Shown one piece after another: positions 1 to 10,936 of a DNA stretch of 64,000 nt (positions are counted from its first letter, which is position 1; each line of letters begins with the position of its first letter). Source of the DNA: a virus; the IMG/VR virus record IMGVR_UViG_3300032116_000057, positions 1 through 64,000 of that record. One strand, given 5' to 3'. The position numbers and the translations under genes were made by a program. The notes under the pieces were generated by a model. That model was not told the DNA's origin. It worked only from the letters and a program-made list of their open reading frames with translations, and searched no databases.

Positions 1-159
1 TGTTGGTCCTGTCGGCCCGACTGGTCCTGTAGGTCCTAAATCTCCTTGAACACCTTCTGAAATAAGAAGGCGCCAAACAGAGCCGTTCCAATACCAGGTC
101 GTCTCACCAACAGTGAACTGTTGATCGATAACTGGGGAGTCAGGAAAGTCTATGGCCAT
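1..159 (-). CDS. Collagen-like tail fibre protein, N-terminus (runs off window edge)
   Basis: Manual translation [50 protein letters not shown]; Gly-X-Y repeats; TATACT box just upstream. Confidence 0.8.
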   Translation of the reverse strand, partial: MAIDFPDSPVIDQQFTVGETTWYWNGSVWRLLISEGVQGDLGPTGPVGPTGPT

Positions 160-197
160 AGTAAGACAGTATAGGGTTATTTACGTAGTTTTTTACC

Positions 198-731
198 TTA
201 AGCGTGTGCCCACCAGTCCTCATAAGGTTTTCTAGGGTCATTTTTTAAACACACATCTTCTCTATATAGGAGATATCCATGGCTTAAAAATATTTCCTGA
301 GATTCTCGTTTAATGGCGTCATTTTCCTTCATAACGTATAGGTCATGTTCAAAGGTAACGGCTTTGAATATATAACCTGTTTTTAACAGCATTTTTAAAG
401 CTTGTAGAGTCTGCCAAGCAGGCTCTATATCTAAAGATAGGTAGTCTATTTCTTTTGGGAATCCCTCACTCTCTAAAAGGGCTAGATAGTCAAGAGTTAA
501 AGCATCTGATTTTATACATTTATTAGACCTGTTTGAATTAAACTCAAGCACTCTTTTTTCATATTTGTCTACCGATAGGCCTGTCCAGCCATAATCTTTT
601 TCTAAAACGTGTGTATTAGAGTTCGATTGAGAATGTCCTGCGCCTATCTCTAAGTAAGTACCCTCGGTTTTAAAGTTAGATATGTTTAAAGCAAATAAGT
701 CTTGTCCGGCATCACTGTAAAATCTACCCAT
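198..731 (-). CDS. FkbM-like SAM-dependent methyltransferase
   Basis: SDAGQD..YLEIGAG..SNT..LEK..GWTGLSVD..IDYLSLDIE..FEHD motif series; start moved to MGRFYS. Confidence 0.75.
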   Translation of the reverse strand: MGRFYSDAGQDLFALNISNFKTEGTYLEIGAGHSQSNSNTHVLEKDYGWTGLSVDKYEKRVLEFNSNRSNKCIKSDALTLDYLALLESEGFPKEIDYLSLDIEPAWQTLQALKMLLKTGYIFKAVTFEHDLYVMKENDAIKRESQEIFLSHGYLLYREDVCLKNDPRKPYEDWWAHA

Positions 732-1395
732 GTTCTTTAAACCCTTTAGATACAAAATCTTTACGAAGATCTTCACCTATAAAAGTTTTTCTGGGAGTCC
801 ATACATGCTCAAACACTGCTACGTTTACGTTAATTTCTATGGGAATTTCAGCTTTTTCTACAGCCCTACAAAAGTTTATATCTTGAGTCATAGGGCCGTT
901 TTCATCGGCACTTGAATAAAAATATAAGGGAATCTGTTCAACTATGTCTTCTTTAACAAGATTTGCTTTTATAACAAAATCATAAATTCTAGTAAATACT
1001 TCTTTTTTAATTTTAATAAAATCTAAATCAATAATTTTTGCATTTACGGATCCCTCTAGATCCTCTTTGATTTCATTTAATATAACCTTATAGTATTGTT
1101 GCGGAGAGTATAGGTTTTTTGTTGGTACGCCTTCTATTAAGGAGTCATTTTTTAATATGGATATCAAGTCTTCGGCTACCCATTGAAGATGGGGTTTTAT
1201 AAACACTACGGAGTCACAATCGTTATTTATAGCTAGTTCTGCTGCTTCGTTACGAAAAGAAAATTCGTCTGGGGACCAAAGAAAAATAAATTCAATATCT
1301 TCTTTTGCTCCAGCGGCGTATGTTTCAGCCATACTTTTAGCAAAAAAACTAGATAGTTGGGGGGTTGGAGAAGAGGTTGCTAATAATACTTTCAT
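724..1395 (-). CDS. Glycosyltransferase-like (GT-A fold) protein
   Basis: RN..A..A....D.V.FI pattern and QDINFCRAVEKA (EDxxFC-like) motif; start MKVLL with GGAG SD; canonical DxD not evident. Confidence 0.5.
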   Translation of the reverse strand: MKVLLATSSPTPQLSSFFAKSMAETYAAGAKEDIEFIFLWSPDEFSFRNEAAELAINNDCDSVVFIKPHLQWVAEDLISILKNDSLIEGVPTKNLYSPQQYYKVILNEIKEDLEGSVNAKIIDLDFIKIKKEVFTRIYDFVIKANLVKEDIVEQIPLYFYSSADENGPMTQDINFCRAVEKAEIPIEINVNVAVFEHVWTPRKTFIGEDLRKDFVSKGFKEHG

Positions 1396-1412
1396 TTTAT
1401 GCTCCAAATAAA

Positions 1413-1439
1413 ATAGGCGGGCCATATAGACCCGCCTAT
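1413..1439 (-). terminator. Intrinsic terminator
   Basis: ataggcggg/cccgcctat inverted repeat followed by T-rich run on minus strand. Confidence 0.6.
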
Positions 1440-1454
1440 CTTATCAGTATTTGT

Positions 1455-1724
1455 TTACTCTTCGGAAGGTTCCTCTAGAGCGGCAAGTGCTTCGGCTGCC
1501 TCTGCTTCAAATGCTGCCGTTTTAGCAGCCTCATCAGCAGCACGAGCAGCAATCTCTGCCTCATCAGCTGCAACCCATGCTTCTGCCCAAGCTTGGGCAT
1601 CAGCATTAGATGCAAACGGTGTGAATCCATCTTTGCTTGGGTCAAAGGACTGTGTCAAATAGACTCCGCCCTCTTCTGTTTTAATGGTTACAATTTTATT
1701 TGTAACATCAATAGTTTTAGCCAT
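1455..1724 (-). CDS. Hypothetical protein (possible fibre assembly chaperone)
   Basis: Small acidic ORF directly after large fibre gene. Confidence 0.5.
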   Translation of the reverse strand: MAKTIDVTNKIVTIKTEEGGVYLTQSFDPSKDGFTPFASNADAQAWAEAWVAADEAEIAARAADEAAKTAAFEAEAAEALAALEEPSEE

Positions 1725-1727
1725 TTA

Positions 1728-4574
1728 TTACACTTCCTTTGATCTGACAATATAGTATACGTTATTTCTCCAAGTACGTACGCCATCTGACTCAGAACCA
1801 CCGGCAATGATCTCTACTCCACCAAGACAAGCCTTGTTGTAGGAGAAGTTAGACCAGTTAGATCCGATTGTTCCTGAGTTTGCAGTTTGATACGCTGGGG
1901 TTGGACGAGCGTTAATAGGGATGTGAGATGAGATAATTTTTGGTTCTGCCCCAAGATTATCCATATCAAACACATAATATCCAGTTCCGTCTGGTTTTTC
2001 ACAGACTGCATAACGACCGTCATACCATACGTGAGGAGAACGAGTCATTGTTGTATCTTGTGACCAGTAAGGACTTGAAGTGGTGTGCAGACGACGCCAT
2101 CCTGTCTGAGCAGCTGTAAACGGTGCTACACCAGACTCTTGGCTGTACTGAAGTAGAGAACGTCCATCCCAGAAAATAGTACCTTCTGGAATACCTGTAC
2201 GACTAACTCGACCTGAACCAAACTTAACAACCTGAACATATGCATTGTTAATTGCGTCATGTCCAAAGGTATAAGTTTGTGGGTTAGATCCATTACCCTG
2301 CCACTGAGAGCTAACCCAGTTATAGCTTACGAAACGTTGAGCAAACCCATACTCCCAGTTAAATAAGTTCCAGATGTTATAAACCTCAAAATGGTTTGCA
2401 TCATATGGACGAATAAAGTGTAGACCTGGGCGATATGCTCTTCCTTGAGAATAAATTGTTAGTTCACCTGGGTTAGCAGATGAAGAAGTACCTGGCTGAC
2501 CTGCGTTCCAGCCTCTTGTTGCGGCTCCACCAATATCATCGCTAGTTTGATTGTAGTCCATATACCAGAATCGTCCGGTATCTTCTTCTACAATTGCCGA
2601 GACTTGACGCCAAGGGCTCTGGTTATAGGTTGAAAATTCGTAGTTACCGTCGTTCCATAAAAAGCCCAAACGAGATGGCATAAACCCAGTGAGGTAATAT
2701 CTACGCATCTGTGGATCATATACAGCTTGAATAATTGCCATTTCATGCAGCACTGGATAGACTTCACCAGCAGTAGTAATTAGCTCTGCACCCCATGTTT
2801 CAAAACCATGGCGGTTTCTGGCTGTGGTGTCTGTAGTAGATGATGTAGTTCTTCCTCCACGAATTTCAGCATCCCACTGTTGTTGGCCATAGCTTGCCCA
2901 AATAACAGGCTGTGCAAAAGGGTTTCTGTGGAAACCAAAAGCAAGAACGGTATTTAAACCTACAGACATTTCGCCACGTGCACGATAAGCGCCAATCATG
3001 TCTACTTTCTTTGGCTTTGTAACATCTACATAGTCGTGGTTATAACGAGCTAACGCAGAACCACCATAGTTGTTGCGGAAACGCCAGAAGCGACCGTTCC
3101 AAGAAGTACCTTTTGGTTGCCAAATAAAGGTTGATCCATAAGTATCATTTCCTGGGCGCATTGCTAGTGGGTAGAAGTCTTCCATTTCTGAAGATTTATC
3201 TAACCAGCGATCAAGAGATTGAGTAGCAGTGTCATAAATCCATAGACGACGACCCCAATAACGATCTCCATTTGAAGGTGTAGCGTTGTCAGTTGTATAA
3301 GTACGACGACCAATAACACCAAAAGAAGTGGCGTTATAACGGAAGATCTGTCCCCCACGGAACCAAGTTGATGCCTCATTTAGGCGTGATGGAGGAGTTA
3401 CCTTTGCCCATACGTTGTTAGTTGGATCATAAATCTGATAGTCAGTTGTACCACCATCAGTATTACCAATACCTTGGGTTGGGCTAGCAAGGAAGTAATT
3501 GTTTACATAAGAACCTTCGTTCCAAGTATCAGCAGCTGCGGTAATTGCTTCACGAACACCTGTTGAAACGTTGTAACGAATAAATCCATTACCGGAACGC
3601 TCAAACTGCCAGTTGTAGAAGTACTTAACTCCAGAAATTTCATGTACAAAACACATCTGTGGACCATCAACATATGACGCATAGCCGGCAGTACCTAGGT
3701 TCCAAGCACCTCGGAAAGTCCAAGTTGTTGCTGTCTTATCATAGGTATACAAATAAGTATCTGCGCTGGTATACGATACAGAGTTTATTGTTTGAGTTCT
3801 AGAGCTTGAGCAACGGAACCATACATACAGTTCATTACCTTCGTCCCACATTACTGCACGACGTAAACGCTGCTCTTCAAATGTTGTTCCATCTGTACCT
3901 GACATTGGTGGAAGAGGAACATCAGTTAGGCGAGTCCAAGTATTAGTTGTGTTACTTAAAGCCTTGTAGAAGAAGTTTCCAGCAATACCTGAGAAGGTTG
4001 TTGAAGAAGTTCCAATACCTTGACCTGCAGACGGGGTGTTACGGAAACGATATACGCCAGTTCCTTCTGAGTCATATGTCCAAGCAACCCAAGCTGCAGT
4101 ATTTGCAGTTCCATCAAGACGAGCAGTCATAGATGAGCGGCTTGTATTTTGTCCATAACCCTCATAAGCAAACCAGTCTGAGTGCTTTTCAGTATGTGCG
4201 TATACTTCGCCAAGACCATCAATTGCAGATCCAGTACGAGCTGGAATAGATGAGCTGTACTTAATAATTAAAAGAGTAGAACCAGTACCTGCGGTGTATC
4301 CACCACTAGTCGCATTTAGAATACGAATACGAGCAATAGTTCCATTGTGTGTAAACGCTTTTCCTTTTACAAGAGAAATTGTTTCAATAGGAGTAGTTAA
4401 GTTTCCTACCGCATAAATGGCAACTGTAATTGGCTCTTCTTGAGCACGAAATTCATAAATACTACTAGCATTAAGCTCTGTAGTGTTGTATTCGGCTCCA
4501 GGAACAGCAGCAAAGCTATAGGTTAACGCACCTACGCCTTGACCAGAAGTTGAAGGATATACTAGTGCACCCAT
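1728..4574 (-). CDS. Large virion protein with Kelch/beta-propeller-like repeats (putative receptor-binding)
   Basis: Repeated YD...TW / IYDPTNNVW motifs; S/T/G/W-rich; fibre cluster. Confidence 0.6.
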   Translation of the reverse strand: MGALVYPSTSGQGVGALTYSFAAVPGAEYNTTELNASSIYEFRAQEEPITVAIYAVGNLTTPIETISLVKGKAFTHNGTIARIRILNATSGGYTAGTGSTLLIIKYSSSIPARTGSAIDGLGEVYAHTEKHSDWFAYEGYGQNTSRSSMTARLDGTANTAAWVAWTYDSEGTGVYRFRNTPSAGQGIGTSSTTFSGIAGNFFYKALSNTTNTWTRLTDVPLPPMSGTDGTTFEEQRLRRAVMWDEGNELYVWFRCSSSRTQTINSVSYTSADTYLYTYDKTATTWTFRGAWNLGTAGYASYVDGPQMCFVHEISGVKYFYNWQFERSGNGFIRYNVSTGVREAITAAADTWNEGSYVNNYFLASPTQGIGNTDGGTTDYQIYDPTNNVWAKVTPPSRLNEASTWFRGGQIFRYNATSFGVIGRRTYTTDNATPSNGDRYWGRRLWIYDTATQSLDRWLDKSSEMEDFYPLAMRPGNDTYGSTFIWQPKGTSWNGRFWRFRNNYGGSALARYNHDYVDVTKPKKVDMIGAYRARGEMSVGLNTVLAFGFHRNPFAQPVIWASYGQQQWDAEIRGGRTTSSTTDTTARNRHGFETWGAELITTAGEVYPVLHEMAIIQAVYDPQMRRYYLTGFMPSRLGFLWNDGNYEFSTYNQSPWRQVSAIVEEDTGRFWYMDYNQTSDDIGGAATRGWNAGQPGTSSSANPGELTIYSQGRAYRPGLHFIRPYDANHFEVYNIWNLFNWEYGFAQRFVSYNWVSSQWQGNGSNPQTYTFGHDAINNAYVQVVKFGSGRVSRTGIPEGTIFWDGRSLLQYSQESGVAPFTAAQTGWRRLHTTSSPYWSQDTTMTRSPHVWYDGRYAVCEKPDGTGYYVFDMDNLGAEPKIISSHIPINARPTPAYQTANSGTIGSNWSNFSYNKACLGGVEIIAGGSESDGVRTWRNNVYYIVRSKEV

Positions 4575-4576
4575 GA

Positions 4577-4879
4577 TTAGTTAATCTCCATCCCTGAGAT
4601 GTGAAGCTTCAAACCAGCAGCTGATCCATCAGCATTTATAGTTTCTGATGCATCTAGAACTTGCTTAAGGTCTAGAGCAAAAATACCATTTGCAGGTACT
4701 GTTACTGCGGATAGCACTTCATGTGTTGCTAGCTTTACTGTACCAGTTAATACGTTAGCTGTTGTATTAGTTAGCACAATGTTAGTTACTACAGCAGTTG
4801 TTGCTGCAGGAACTGTGTATACGTCAGCTGCTGAGGTAGCTACGCTTCCTCGGAACAGCTTCTTTACTGTATTTGCCAT
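4577..4879 (-). CDS. Small virion fibre-associated protein
   Basis: MANT..VYTVPAATTAVV..I.LTN..ISGMEI pattern typical of fibre-adjacent phage proteins. Confidence 0.6.
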   Translation of the reverse strand: MANTVKKLFRGSVATSAADVYTVPAATTAVVTNIVLTNTTANVLTGTVKLATHEVLSAVTVPANGIFALDLKQVLDASETINADGSAAGLKLHISGMEIN

Positions 4880-4923
4880 TTATTTGTTACCTCCTAAGTA
4901 ACTATTAGTTCTTACCCGGTGGG

Positions 4924-6300
4924 TTAGAAAATCCCCATAACTTGAGCTAGTTCGTTCTGAGAACGTTGAGTATCTACGTATAGTTTTGTTGTTGCATTAT
5001 CATTTGCAATTGGAGCAGAGACAAGCACTATTTGATCTAGCTTAAGCTTGTCATAGACAAGTCCAGCTTGAGAGTAGTTAATTGTTGTGCTTGGCTTTGT
5101 TGTGATATTTGATACTAGTGACCAAACTCCTGTGTCCGCATCCTTTGAGAATGCTGTCCACTTGTCTGATCCACCAACATTGTATTCACCAACAAAAGCA
5201 AAATCAAGAAGATTTGATGGGTTGTCCTGTGCGGTAAAGATCATAGGAGCAACGATAGAAATATTTTCAGTTTCAACAGTTGTGCCACCACCAGTAAAGG
5301 AGATAGTACCCGTAATATTTACGTCACCGCCAATATTTACGTCACCGGTAACGCCCATACCACCAGCTACTACAAGAGCTCCGGTGGTTGTAGATGTCGA
5401 TTGTGTTGCAATCTCAACATGTACTGTTTGATCTGGAATAATAACCATCTGTGTATTGTCAGACGCAAGACCGCCAGCAGCAAATATAATCTTATTTTCA
5501 GTACCGTTATCTGAAGTAGCAAATACAAGGTTACCCTTACCAGTTGTACCGGCCACTGCATTACCTGCAGGTGATACTCCTAAGAAGGTTACGTCACCAT
5601 TTGTTTTAGCATAAGTAAAACTAGTTGTTGTTGGAATAGATGCAATTGTGTAGGTTCCGTTAAAAATACCATCTACACCAGTAATAACTACAGGCATACC
5701 AACACGGAATCCGTGTGCGGTTGGAGTAGTAAGGGTTGCTACGTTATTTGTTAAAGATTTTCCGTTAACAGTCGATGTTAAAACTCTTGGAGCTTCGAAG
5801 AATATGTAACCGTCGTTTGGCCCAGTAATAGTAAAGTCTGGGTCTGCAAATGCTCCAGACGTAATACCCATGTCGATGTATCCGGAGTCATCAGTTCCGT
5901 TGTTAGCGTAGGCAATAAAGTCTGTAGATGAGTTTGCTGCTCCACCCTTATTTTGGAAAGCAATCTGTGCATAGTCTGGAGTATCAATACTTGCAATAAT
6001 TGCTGGATCTTGAAGACCGGCTGAAGTTTCAAAGCTTTGCGCTTCTGCACCAACGTACAACTTACCTACGTTAGCTGGAGCAGTTCCGTCTAAAATTGCT
6101 TCAAGTTGATCATTCAAAGCATCTTGAGCATCGGCTGAGGCAGCTACTAGGTCGTTAATGCCAAGTAGATTGCCAAGTGTCTCAAGCGTCTTGGCAATAT
6201 ATACCAAGTCTTGAGCAGTATAGGTGCTTGCAGCAAGAGAAGCAGTAATTTCGGACTTTACTGCATCTATTTGCGTATTAAGCGCTGAGTAGGATGGCAT
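4924..6300 (-). CDS. Tail fibre-like protein
   Basis: STSTTTGALVVAGGMGV repeat, E1-FCCH-like VATLTT..AHG...G..V.ITGV segment, NATTKLYVD motif. Confidence 0.7.
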   Translation of the reverse strand: MPSYSALNTQIDAVKSEITASLAASTYTAQDLVYIAKTLETLGNLLGINDLVAASADAQDALNDQLEAILDGTAPANVGKLYVGAEAQSFETSAGLQDPAIIASIDTPDYAQIAFQNKGGAANSSTDFIAYANNGTDDSGYIDMGITSGAFADPDFTITGPNDGYIFFEAPRVLTSTVNGKSLTNNVATLTTPTAHGFRVGMPVVITGVDGIFNGTYTIASIPTTTSFTYAKTNGDVTFLGVSPAGNAVAGTTGKGNLVFATSDNGTENKIIFAAGGLASDNTQMVIIPDQTVHVEIATQSTSTTTGALVVAGGMGVTGDVNIGGDVNITGTISFTGGGTTVETENISIVAPMIFTAQDNPSNLLDFAFVGEYNVGGSDKWTAFSKDADTGVWSLVSNITTKPSTTINYSQAGLVYDKLKLDQIVLVSAPIANDNATTKLYVDTQRSQNELAQVMGIF

Positions 6301-6365
6301 TAGTTATCTCCTTCGAGGGCGGTACCCAGTAAGCTAGTATAGGTAGAATTCTTCATTTTAAATCC

Positions 6366-7079
6366 TTAACTTCCTGAACTTGGCCCAAATATGTTTAGGC
6401 CAAGCCAACGGTCGTTTCTTAAGAAATTGATCTGGTTGGTTACGTCTCCAGAGGCGCTAACAGCGGCTACTGCAGCATCTCTTGCGGTATTAATAGCCGA
6501 AATTGAGGATGTCTGCTGGGTAGTTAGGGCTGTCAAGGCTGTGTCTCTGGTATCAGTAATATTGCCAATAGCGGAGGTTCCAGTAGTTGAGATGACAGTT
6601 ACTGCATCAGACTGAGCTTGAGTTATGGTAGAGGTGGCGTTATTAGCTGCGGTAGTGATTTGACCTAAAGAAGCGGTAACAAGATCGATAATATCTTGTG
6701 TATTGGTTTCTCCTAGATCAGCAAGCAGTTCATTGATAGTTGCAATGACGGGGGTCGCTACATCATTAAAGTCATCGATTGCATTTGTTGCTGCGGTGTT
6801 TAAGTTTGTTGTTGCTGTAGATACGATGTTGTTTAAGTTTGTTTGGGCGGTTGTTACACCAGCATTTAAAGTTGTAATGGCTGAGGTTGCACTGTTAGTT
6901 ACCTGACCTTGTTGGTAAGTACCCTCGGCAATAACCCTAGTCAATGCTAGGTTTGCTACTGCAGCTTCAAGAGCCTTCATCTGAATTAGAAGGTCTTTAT
7001 TATCAATGTTAGTAGCTACGGACTCTACTTTTGCTGTAATAATGGCTTCTAGAGCAGAGAAGTCGGGATTAATCGGCAC
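6366..7079 (-). CDS. Virion structural coiled-coil protein
   Basis: A/T-rich helical ORF in fibre cluster; GTG start. Confidence 0.55.
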   Translation of the reverse strand: MPINPDFSALEAIITAKVESVATNIDNKDLLIQMKALEAAVANLALTRVIAEGTYQQGQVTNSATSAITTLNAGVTTAQTNLNNIVSTATTNLNTAATNAIDDFNDVATPVIATINELLADLGETNTQDIIDLVTASLGQITTAANNATSTITQAQSDAVTVISTTGTSAIGNITDTRDTALTALTTQQTSSISAINTARDAAVAAVSASGDVTNQINFLRNDRWLGLNIFGPSSGS

Positions 7080-7089
7080 TATTGTCTCC

Positions 7090-9294
7090 TCACAAAGCCG
7101 CTAAGGCTACTGCTTCAATAAACGCAACATCGGAAATGATGCGTACTTCTTCTGATGCTTCATCATAGGTTACTGTAAGGCCTTGATGATTCGCATGGTC
7201 AAAGGCAGAAACAATAACTGGAATAATGTCTTGAATAGGACCCGCAGGTCCTGTAGGTCCGGTAGGTCCTAGAGGAGCCGCACCAACCTCAATCCAATAA
7301 TTATCATACCAGATATACGCAGAACCATCTGTAGGGTTAAACCAAGCATCTCCATTTGCTGCACCAACAGGCGGTGTTTCTGAAGTATATGCAAACTTAC
7401 CTGTTGGTCCGGTAGGACCTGAAACACCTTCTGGACCAGTTGGACCTGTAGGACCTGTTGGCCCCACTACTTGTCCTATGTCATCAAACTCTGTTCCATC
7501 CCATACCCAAAGATGTCCACCATCTTCTTGTACTACATAGGCGTCTCCTAAAATATTCCCTGTAGTAGGAAGATCTGCTATTAAACTTAAAGTCCCTCTT
7601 ACTACAAAAGACTTACCTTCAGGTCCTGTTGGTCCAGTTGGTCCAACTTCACCTTGAGGTCCCGTAGGTCCAAGATCTCCCTGTGGACCAGTAGGTCCAA
7701 TATCTCCAGTTAGACCGGTTGGTCCTGTTGGACCTGCATCTCCTTGCGGACCGGTTGCACCAGTCTCACCTTGTGCACCTGTTGCGCCTAAAAATAGTGA
7801 CCAATAAGGACTTCCTTCATATGGTGGATAGCCTGGGTTTGCTTCACCAATACGAATCCATAAAAATCCTGAATATGAAACAACCATGCCAGGGTAATAA
7901 TCAGCACCATTGTCATACGCACCAACATAGTTAAATGGCATTGGACCAGTAGGTCCGGTAGGTCCAGCCGCACCTTGTGGACCAGTTGGTCCGACTTCAC
8001 CTTGTGGACCTTGATCACCTTCAAGACCTGCTAAACCTTGCTCACCTTGTGGTCCAGTAGGACCAATAAGTCCAGTTTCACCTTGTGGTCCAGTAGGTCC
8101 TATATCACCTTGCGCTCCTGTTGGACCAGTAGCCCCTTCAATTCTTCCTACGTTTACCCAAGAAGAAGAGTTGCTACTCCAAACATATAAATCTCCAGAG
8201 ATAATGTACGCATCTCCTGGACTACCTGATGCAGGTAATTCACCAGAGTTGTTTAATGCACCTAAAACATTTAAGCCTTGACCAGTTGCACCGGTAGGTC
8301 CAGTAGGTCCGACCTCACCTTGTAAACCTTGTGGGCCAGTAGGACCGGTTTCTCCTTGAATACCTTGTTCACCTTGAAGTCCTTGAATACCCTGTACACC
8401 AGGTAAACCTGTTTCACCCGTAGCACCAGTAGGACCTGTAGGTCCAGGAACATTAGATGCGGCACCTGTTGGTCCTTGTGCTCCCGTAGGACCAGTTGCG
8501 CCTTGTGGACCAGTTGGTCCAAGCTCTCCAGTTAGACCCTGCTCACCTTGAGGACCTGTTGGTCCTGGAAGACCAGTTGCGCCTTGTGCACCTGTAGGTC
8601 CAGTAGGTCCTTGTGCGCCAGTTGCACCAGCTAAACCTTGAAAACCTTGAAGACCTTGTGGACCTGTTGCGCCCGTTGCTCCTTGTGGACCAGTAGGTCC
8701 TTGAATATTTCCAACATTTTCCCAGATGGTATTTGCATTATCCCAAACGTAAAGATCACCATCGATTAAATATGCATCTCCAGGCAAACCAACTTCTGGA
8801 AGTTCACTTTCATTGGGAAGTGTTCCCTGAATAGTAACTCCAGTACCGGCAGGACCAGTTGGTCCTTGAATACCTTGAGATCCGGTTGGACCTGTTGCAC
8901 CTCTAGAACCTGTCGGTCCAGTTGCCCCCATAGGTCCTTGAATACCTTGTGGGCCAGTAACTCCTTGTTCACCGGCAGGTCCTGTTGCACCAATTGGGCC
9001 AGTAGGTCCTTGTGGACCAGTAGATCCTTTAGGACCAGCAGGACCAGTAGCTCCTTGCGGACCAGTGGGACCCACAACTGTGCTTGCAGCACCTGTTGGT
9101 CCTGTTGCACCAGTAGCTCCCATAGGACCAGTTGCACCAGTTGCTCCAGTAGGTCCAGTTACAGTTGATGCTGCTCCTGTCGGTCCTGTTGGACCAGTAG
9201 GTCCCATAGCTCCTGCAGGACCAGCTGTATCAGGACCAAAGACTACAATTTCAGGGCTTTGCTCAATAATTTGTATGATCTCTGGATCTGTCAC
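7090..9294 (-). CDS. Collagen triple-helix repeat fibre protein
   Basis: Long GPT/GPQ/GAT repeats interrupted by three GDAY..LYVW modules and one carbohydrate-binding-like module. Confidence 0.9.
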   Translation of the reverse strand: MTDPEIIQIIEQSPEIVVFGPDTAGPAGAMGPTGPTGPTGAASTVTGPTGATGATGPMGATGATGPTGAASTVVGPTGPQGATGPAGPKGSTGPQGPTGPIGATGPAGEQGVTGPQGIQGPMGATGPTGSRGATGPTGSQGIQGPTGPAGTGVTIQGTLPNESELPEVGLPGDAYLIDGDLYVWDNANTIWENVGNIQGPTGPQGATGATGPQGLQGFQGLAGATGAQGPTGPTGAQGATGLPGPTGPQGEQGLTGELGPTGPQGATGPTGAQGPTGAASNVPGPTGPTGATGETGLPGVQGIQGLQGEQGIQGETGPTGPQGLQGEVGPTGPTGATGQGLNVLGALNNSGELPASGSPGDAYIISGDLYVWSSNSSSWVNVGRIEGATGPTGAQGDIGPTGPQGETGLIGPTGPQGEQGLAGLEGDQGPQGEVGPTGPQGAAGPTGPTGPMPFNYVGAYDNGADYYPGMVVSYSGFLWIRIGEANPGYPPYEGSPYWSLFLGATGAQGETGATGPQGDAGPTGPTGLTGDIGPTGPQGDLGPTGPQGEVGPTGPTGPEGKSFVVRGTLSLIADLPTTGNILGDAYVVQEDGGHLWVWDGTEFDDIGQVVGPTGPTGPTGPEGVSGPTGPTGKFAYTSETPPVGAANGDAWFNPTDGSAYIWYDNYWIEVGAAPLGPTGPTGPAGPIQDIIPVIVSAFDHANHQGLTVTYDEASEEVRIISDVAFIEAVALAAL

Positions 9295-9296
9295 GA

Positions 9297-10373
9297 TTAC
9301 TCCGAAATCTGAGGCTTAGTAAACACTTTGCCTTCTAGATAGGTTTTAACAGCTCCAGTTGAATTATTTGTCAATTGAATGTCGTAATATGCGGTACGTG
9401 GAAGAGCATCTGTTTGGGCGCTAGTTAGGGATAGGGTCAGTGTATCTAGTGGACCACCGACAATGGAAGCACTTTTTACGATGGTAAAGGTAGCAAGAAT
9501 AATTGGCCCAACTTGATTGTTTGGATAAGTTGGGAATAAACGAATCTGTGAAAGCGGAGTGTAACCAGCAAGATCCACAGAGAATTTAAGCTGAATACTA
9601 AAGTTATCTCCAGAGTAAAGAGATAGATCTCTGTTTACTACGGGGCTTGCAGGAGTAATATCTCCGTAATCTGGCATAGCCAGATATACACGTTGTGGAA
9701 GTGATCCGTCATCTATTTCTTGTGGACGATAGATAGGTACGTAACGGTTTGTACGACGACTAATACGACGTAAATTAAACACGTCGATTTTATAAAGACC
9801 AGTTCCAAGCAACATAGAGAGTTCACGGTATTGTTCTTTGCGTTGCGCAATAATGTCTGAAAGCTGCCTAAAACGTTCTGAACGAGGGATAGAAACCCCA
9901 TCCGGAGAAATAATATCAATATCAAATGCTGAGTCAGTGGCTAAGGTATATAAAGCCATAGTTGACGCTAAAAGCACCACCGGATATTCATCAATACCTG
10001 CCATAGTAGCTATGGTTACTCTAGAACCGCTGCTATCTGTAGCACGAGCTGAATGCTCTACAAACGCGGTATTAACATAATATTGAATTTCAGCATCTGT
10101 AAAATATTTATGTGCAATTCCGGAAATAATCACGGATGCGTCTACTGGAGGTATTGATCCTAAAGTGACCATACCCATAACTTCTTCAACACTAGCTGCG
10201 TTTGATACTTCAACTCCATTTACTTTGATAGATAGGGAAGTAGCATTTACTGGAGCTTCGGTAAGCTGAAAACGCTTGTTAACCCCGTCTCCACGAAATT
10301 CTTCGACAAAGGTCCTGTTTATATCGCCTATCTCTACCCGTAGACGATCACTAAGTCCTGATAACGTCGCCAC
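9297..10373 (-). CDS. Head-tail adaptor-like virion protein
   Basis: [16 protein letters not shown] adaptor-like motifs; C-terminal [14 protein letters not shown] BppU-like segment; position after capsid. Confidence 0.55.
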   Translation of the reverse strand: MATLSGLSDRLRVEIGDINRTFVEEFRGDGVNKRFQLTEAPVNATSLSIKVNGVEVSNAASVEEVMGMVTLGSIPPVDASVIISGIAHKYFTDAEIQYYVNTAFVEHSARATDSSGSRVTIATMAGIDEYPVVLLASTMALYTLATDSAFDIDIISPDGVSIPRSERFRQLSDIIAQRKEQYRELSMLLGTGLYKIDVFNLRRISRRTNRYVPIYRPQEIDDGSLPQRVYLAMPDYGDITPASPVVNRDLSLYSGDNFSIQLKFSVDLAGYTPLSQIRLFPTYPNNQVGPIILATFTIVKSASIVGGPLDTLTLSLTSAQTDALPRTAYYDIQLTNNSTGAVKTYLEGKVFTKPQISE

Positions 10374-10449
10374 TTGTCCTCGTATCTATCCAATAAAACC
10401 GGCAACCTATAATCTCAAAGAGACCGAAAATATACAGGGTAAATAAAGA

Positions 10450-10488
10450 CCCACTCCGACTAGGAGGGCGTGTCTTCGTCGGAGTGGG
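10450..10488 (-). terminator. Terminator-like hairpin with 17-nt loop
   Basis: cccactccgac/gtcggagtggg followed by TCTTTATTT on minus strand. Confidence 0.6.
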
Positions 10489-10503
10489 CACTCTTATATT
10501 AGA

Positions 10504-10872
10504 CTAGAGACGTTCGTACAAATAACCCTTTTCTTGAAGGTGTTGTGCCACATGCTTAGGCACTTTGTACTTTTGTCCAGCTTTAAAGGAATAGTGCTTT
10601 CCTACGCCGATAGTTACGTGCTCTAGATCTTCTGCCAAACGAACGATCTGCGTATCATCAGCCATGCTGACTCCTACAGATTCAATCTCATCAATTACTG
10701 TTGGTGTATCTGGGTTTTTACTTACATCTACCACTTCAGTCTCAAGACGAGCTGCTGCGGTAGCAGTTGCCATAGACATCTCATTAGCACGTTGTGCTAG
10801 TTCTTCTGCGTGAGCTTTTAGTTGCTCTTCGCGTTGACGTCCAGTGACGTCAGTTACTTTTGCTTTTGCCAC
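10504..10872 (-). CDS. Hypothetical head-associated protein
   Basis: ORF with AGGAG SD immediately downstream of capsid gene. Confidence 0.6.
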   Translation of the reverse strand: MAKAKVTDVTGRQREEQLKAHAEELAQRANEMSMATATAAARLETEVVDVSKNPDTPTVIDEIESVGVSMADDTQIVRLAEDLEHVTIGVGKHYSFKAGQKYKVPKHVAQHLQEKGYLYERL

Positions 10873-10899
10873 GATTATTGTTCTCCTATAGGTTTTAAG

Positions 10900-10923
10900 T
10901 GGGGGCGGGTTTCCCCGCCCCCA
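10900..10923 (-). terminator. GC-rich GAAA-tetraloop hairpin after major capsid gene
   Basis: gggggcggg-GAAA-cccgccccc on minus strand; no U-tract, so stabiliser or partial terminator. Confidence 0.5.
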
Positions 10924-10936
10924 TGTGTTGCTTAAA

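Noticed and set aside
7200-9240. Dense 9-bp-period repeats as CRISPR or satellite
   Set aside because: They are codons of Gly-X-Y collagen repeats; no constant repeat with unique spacers
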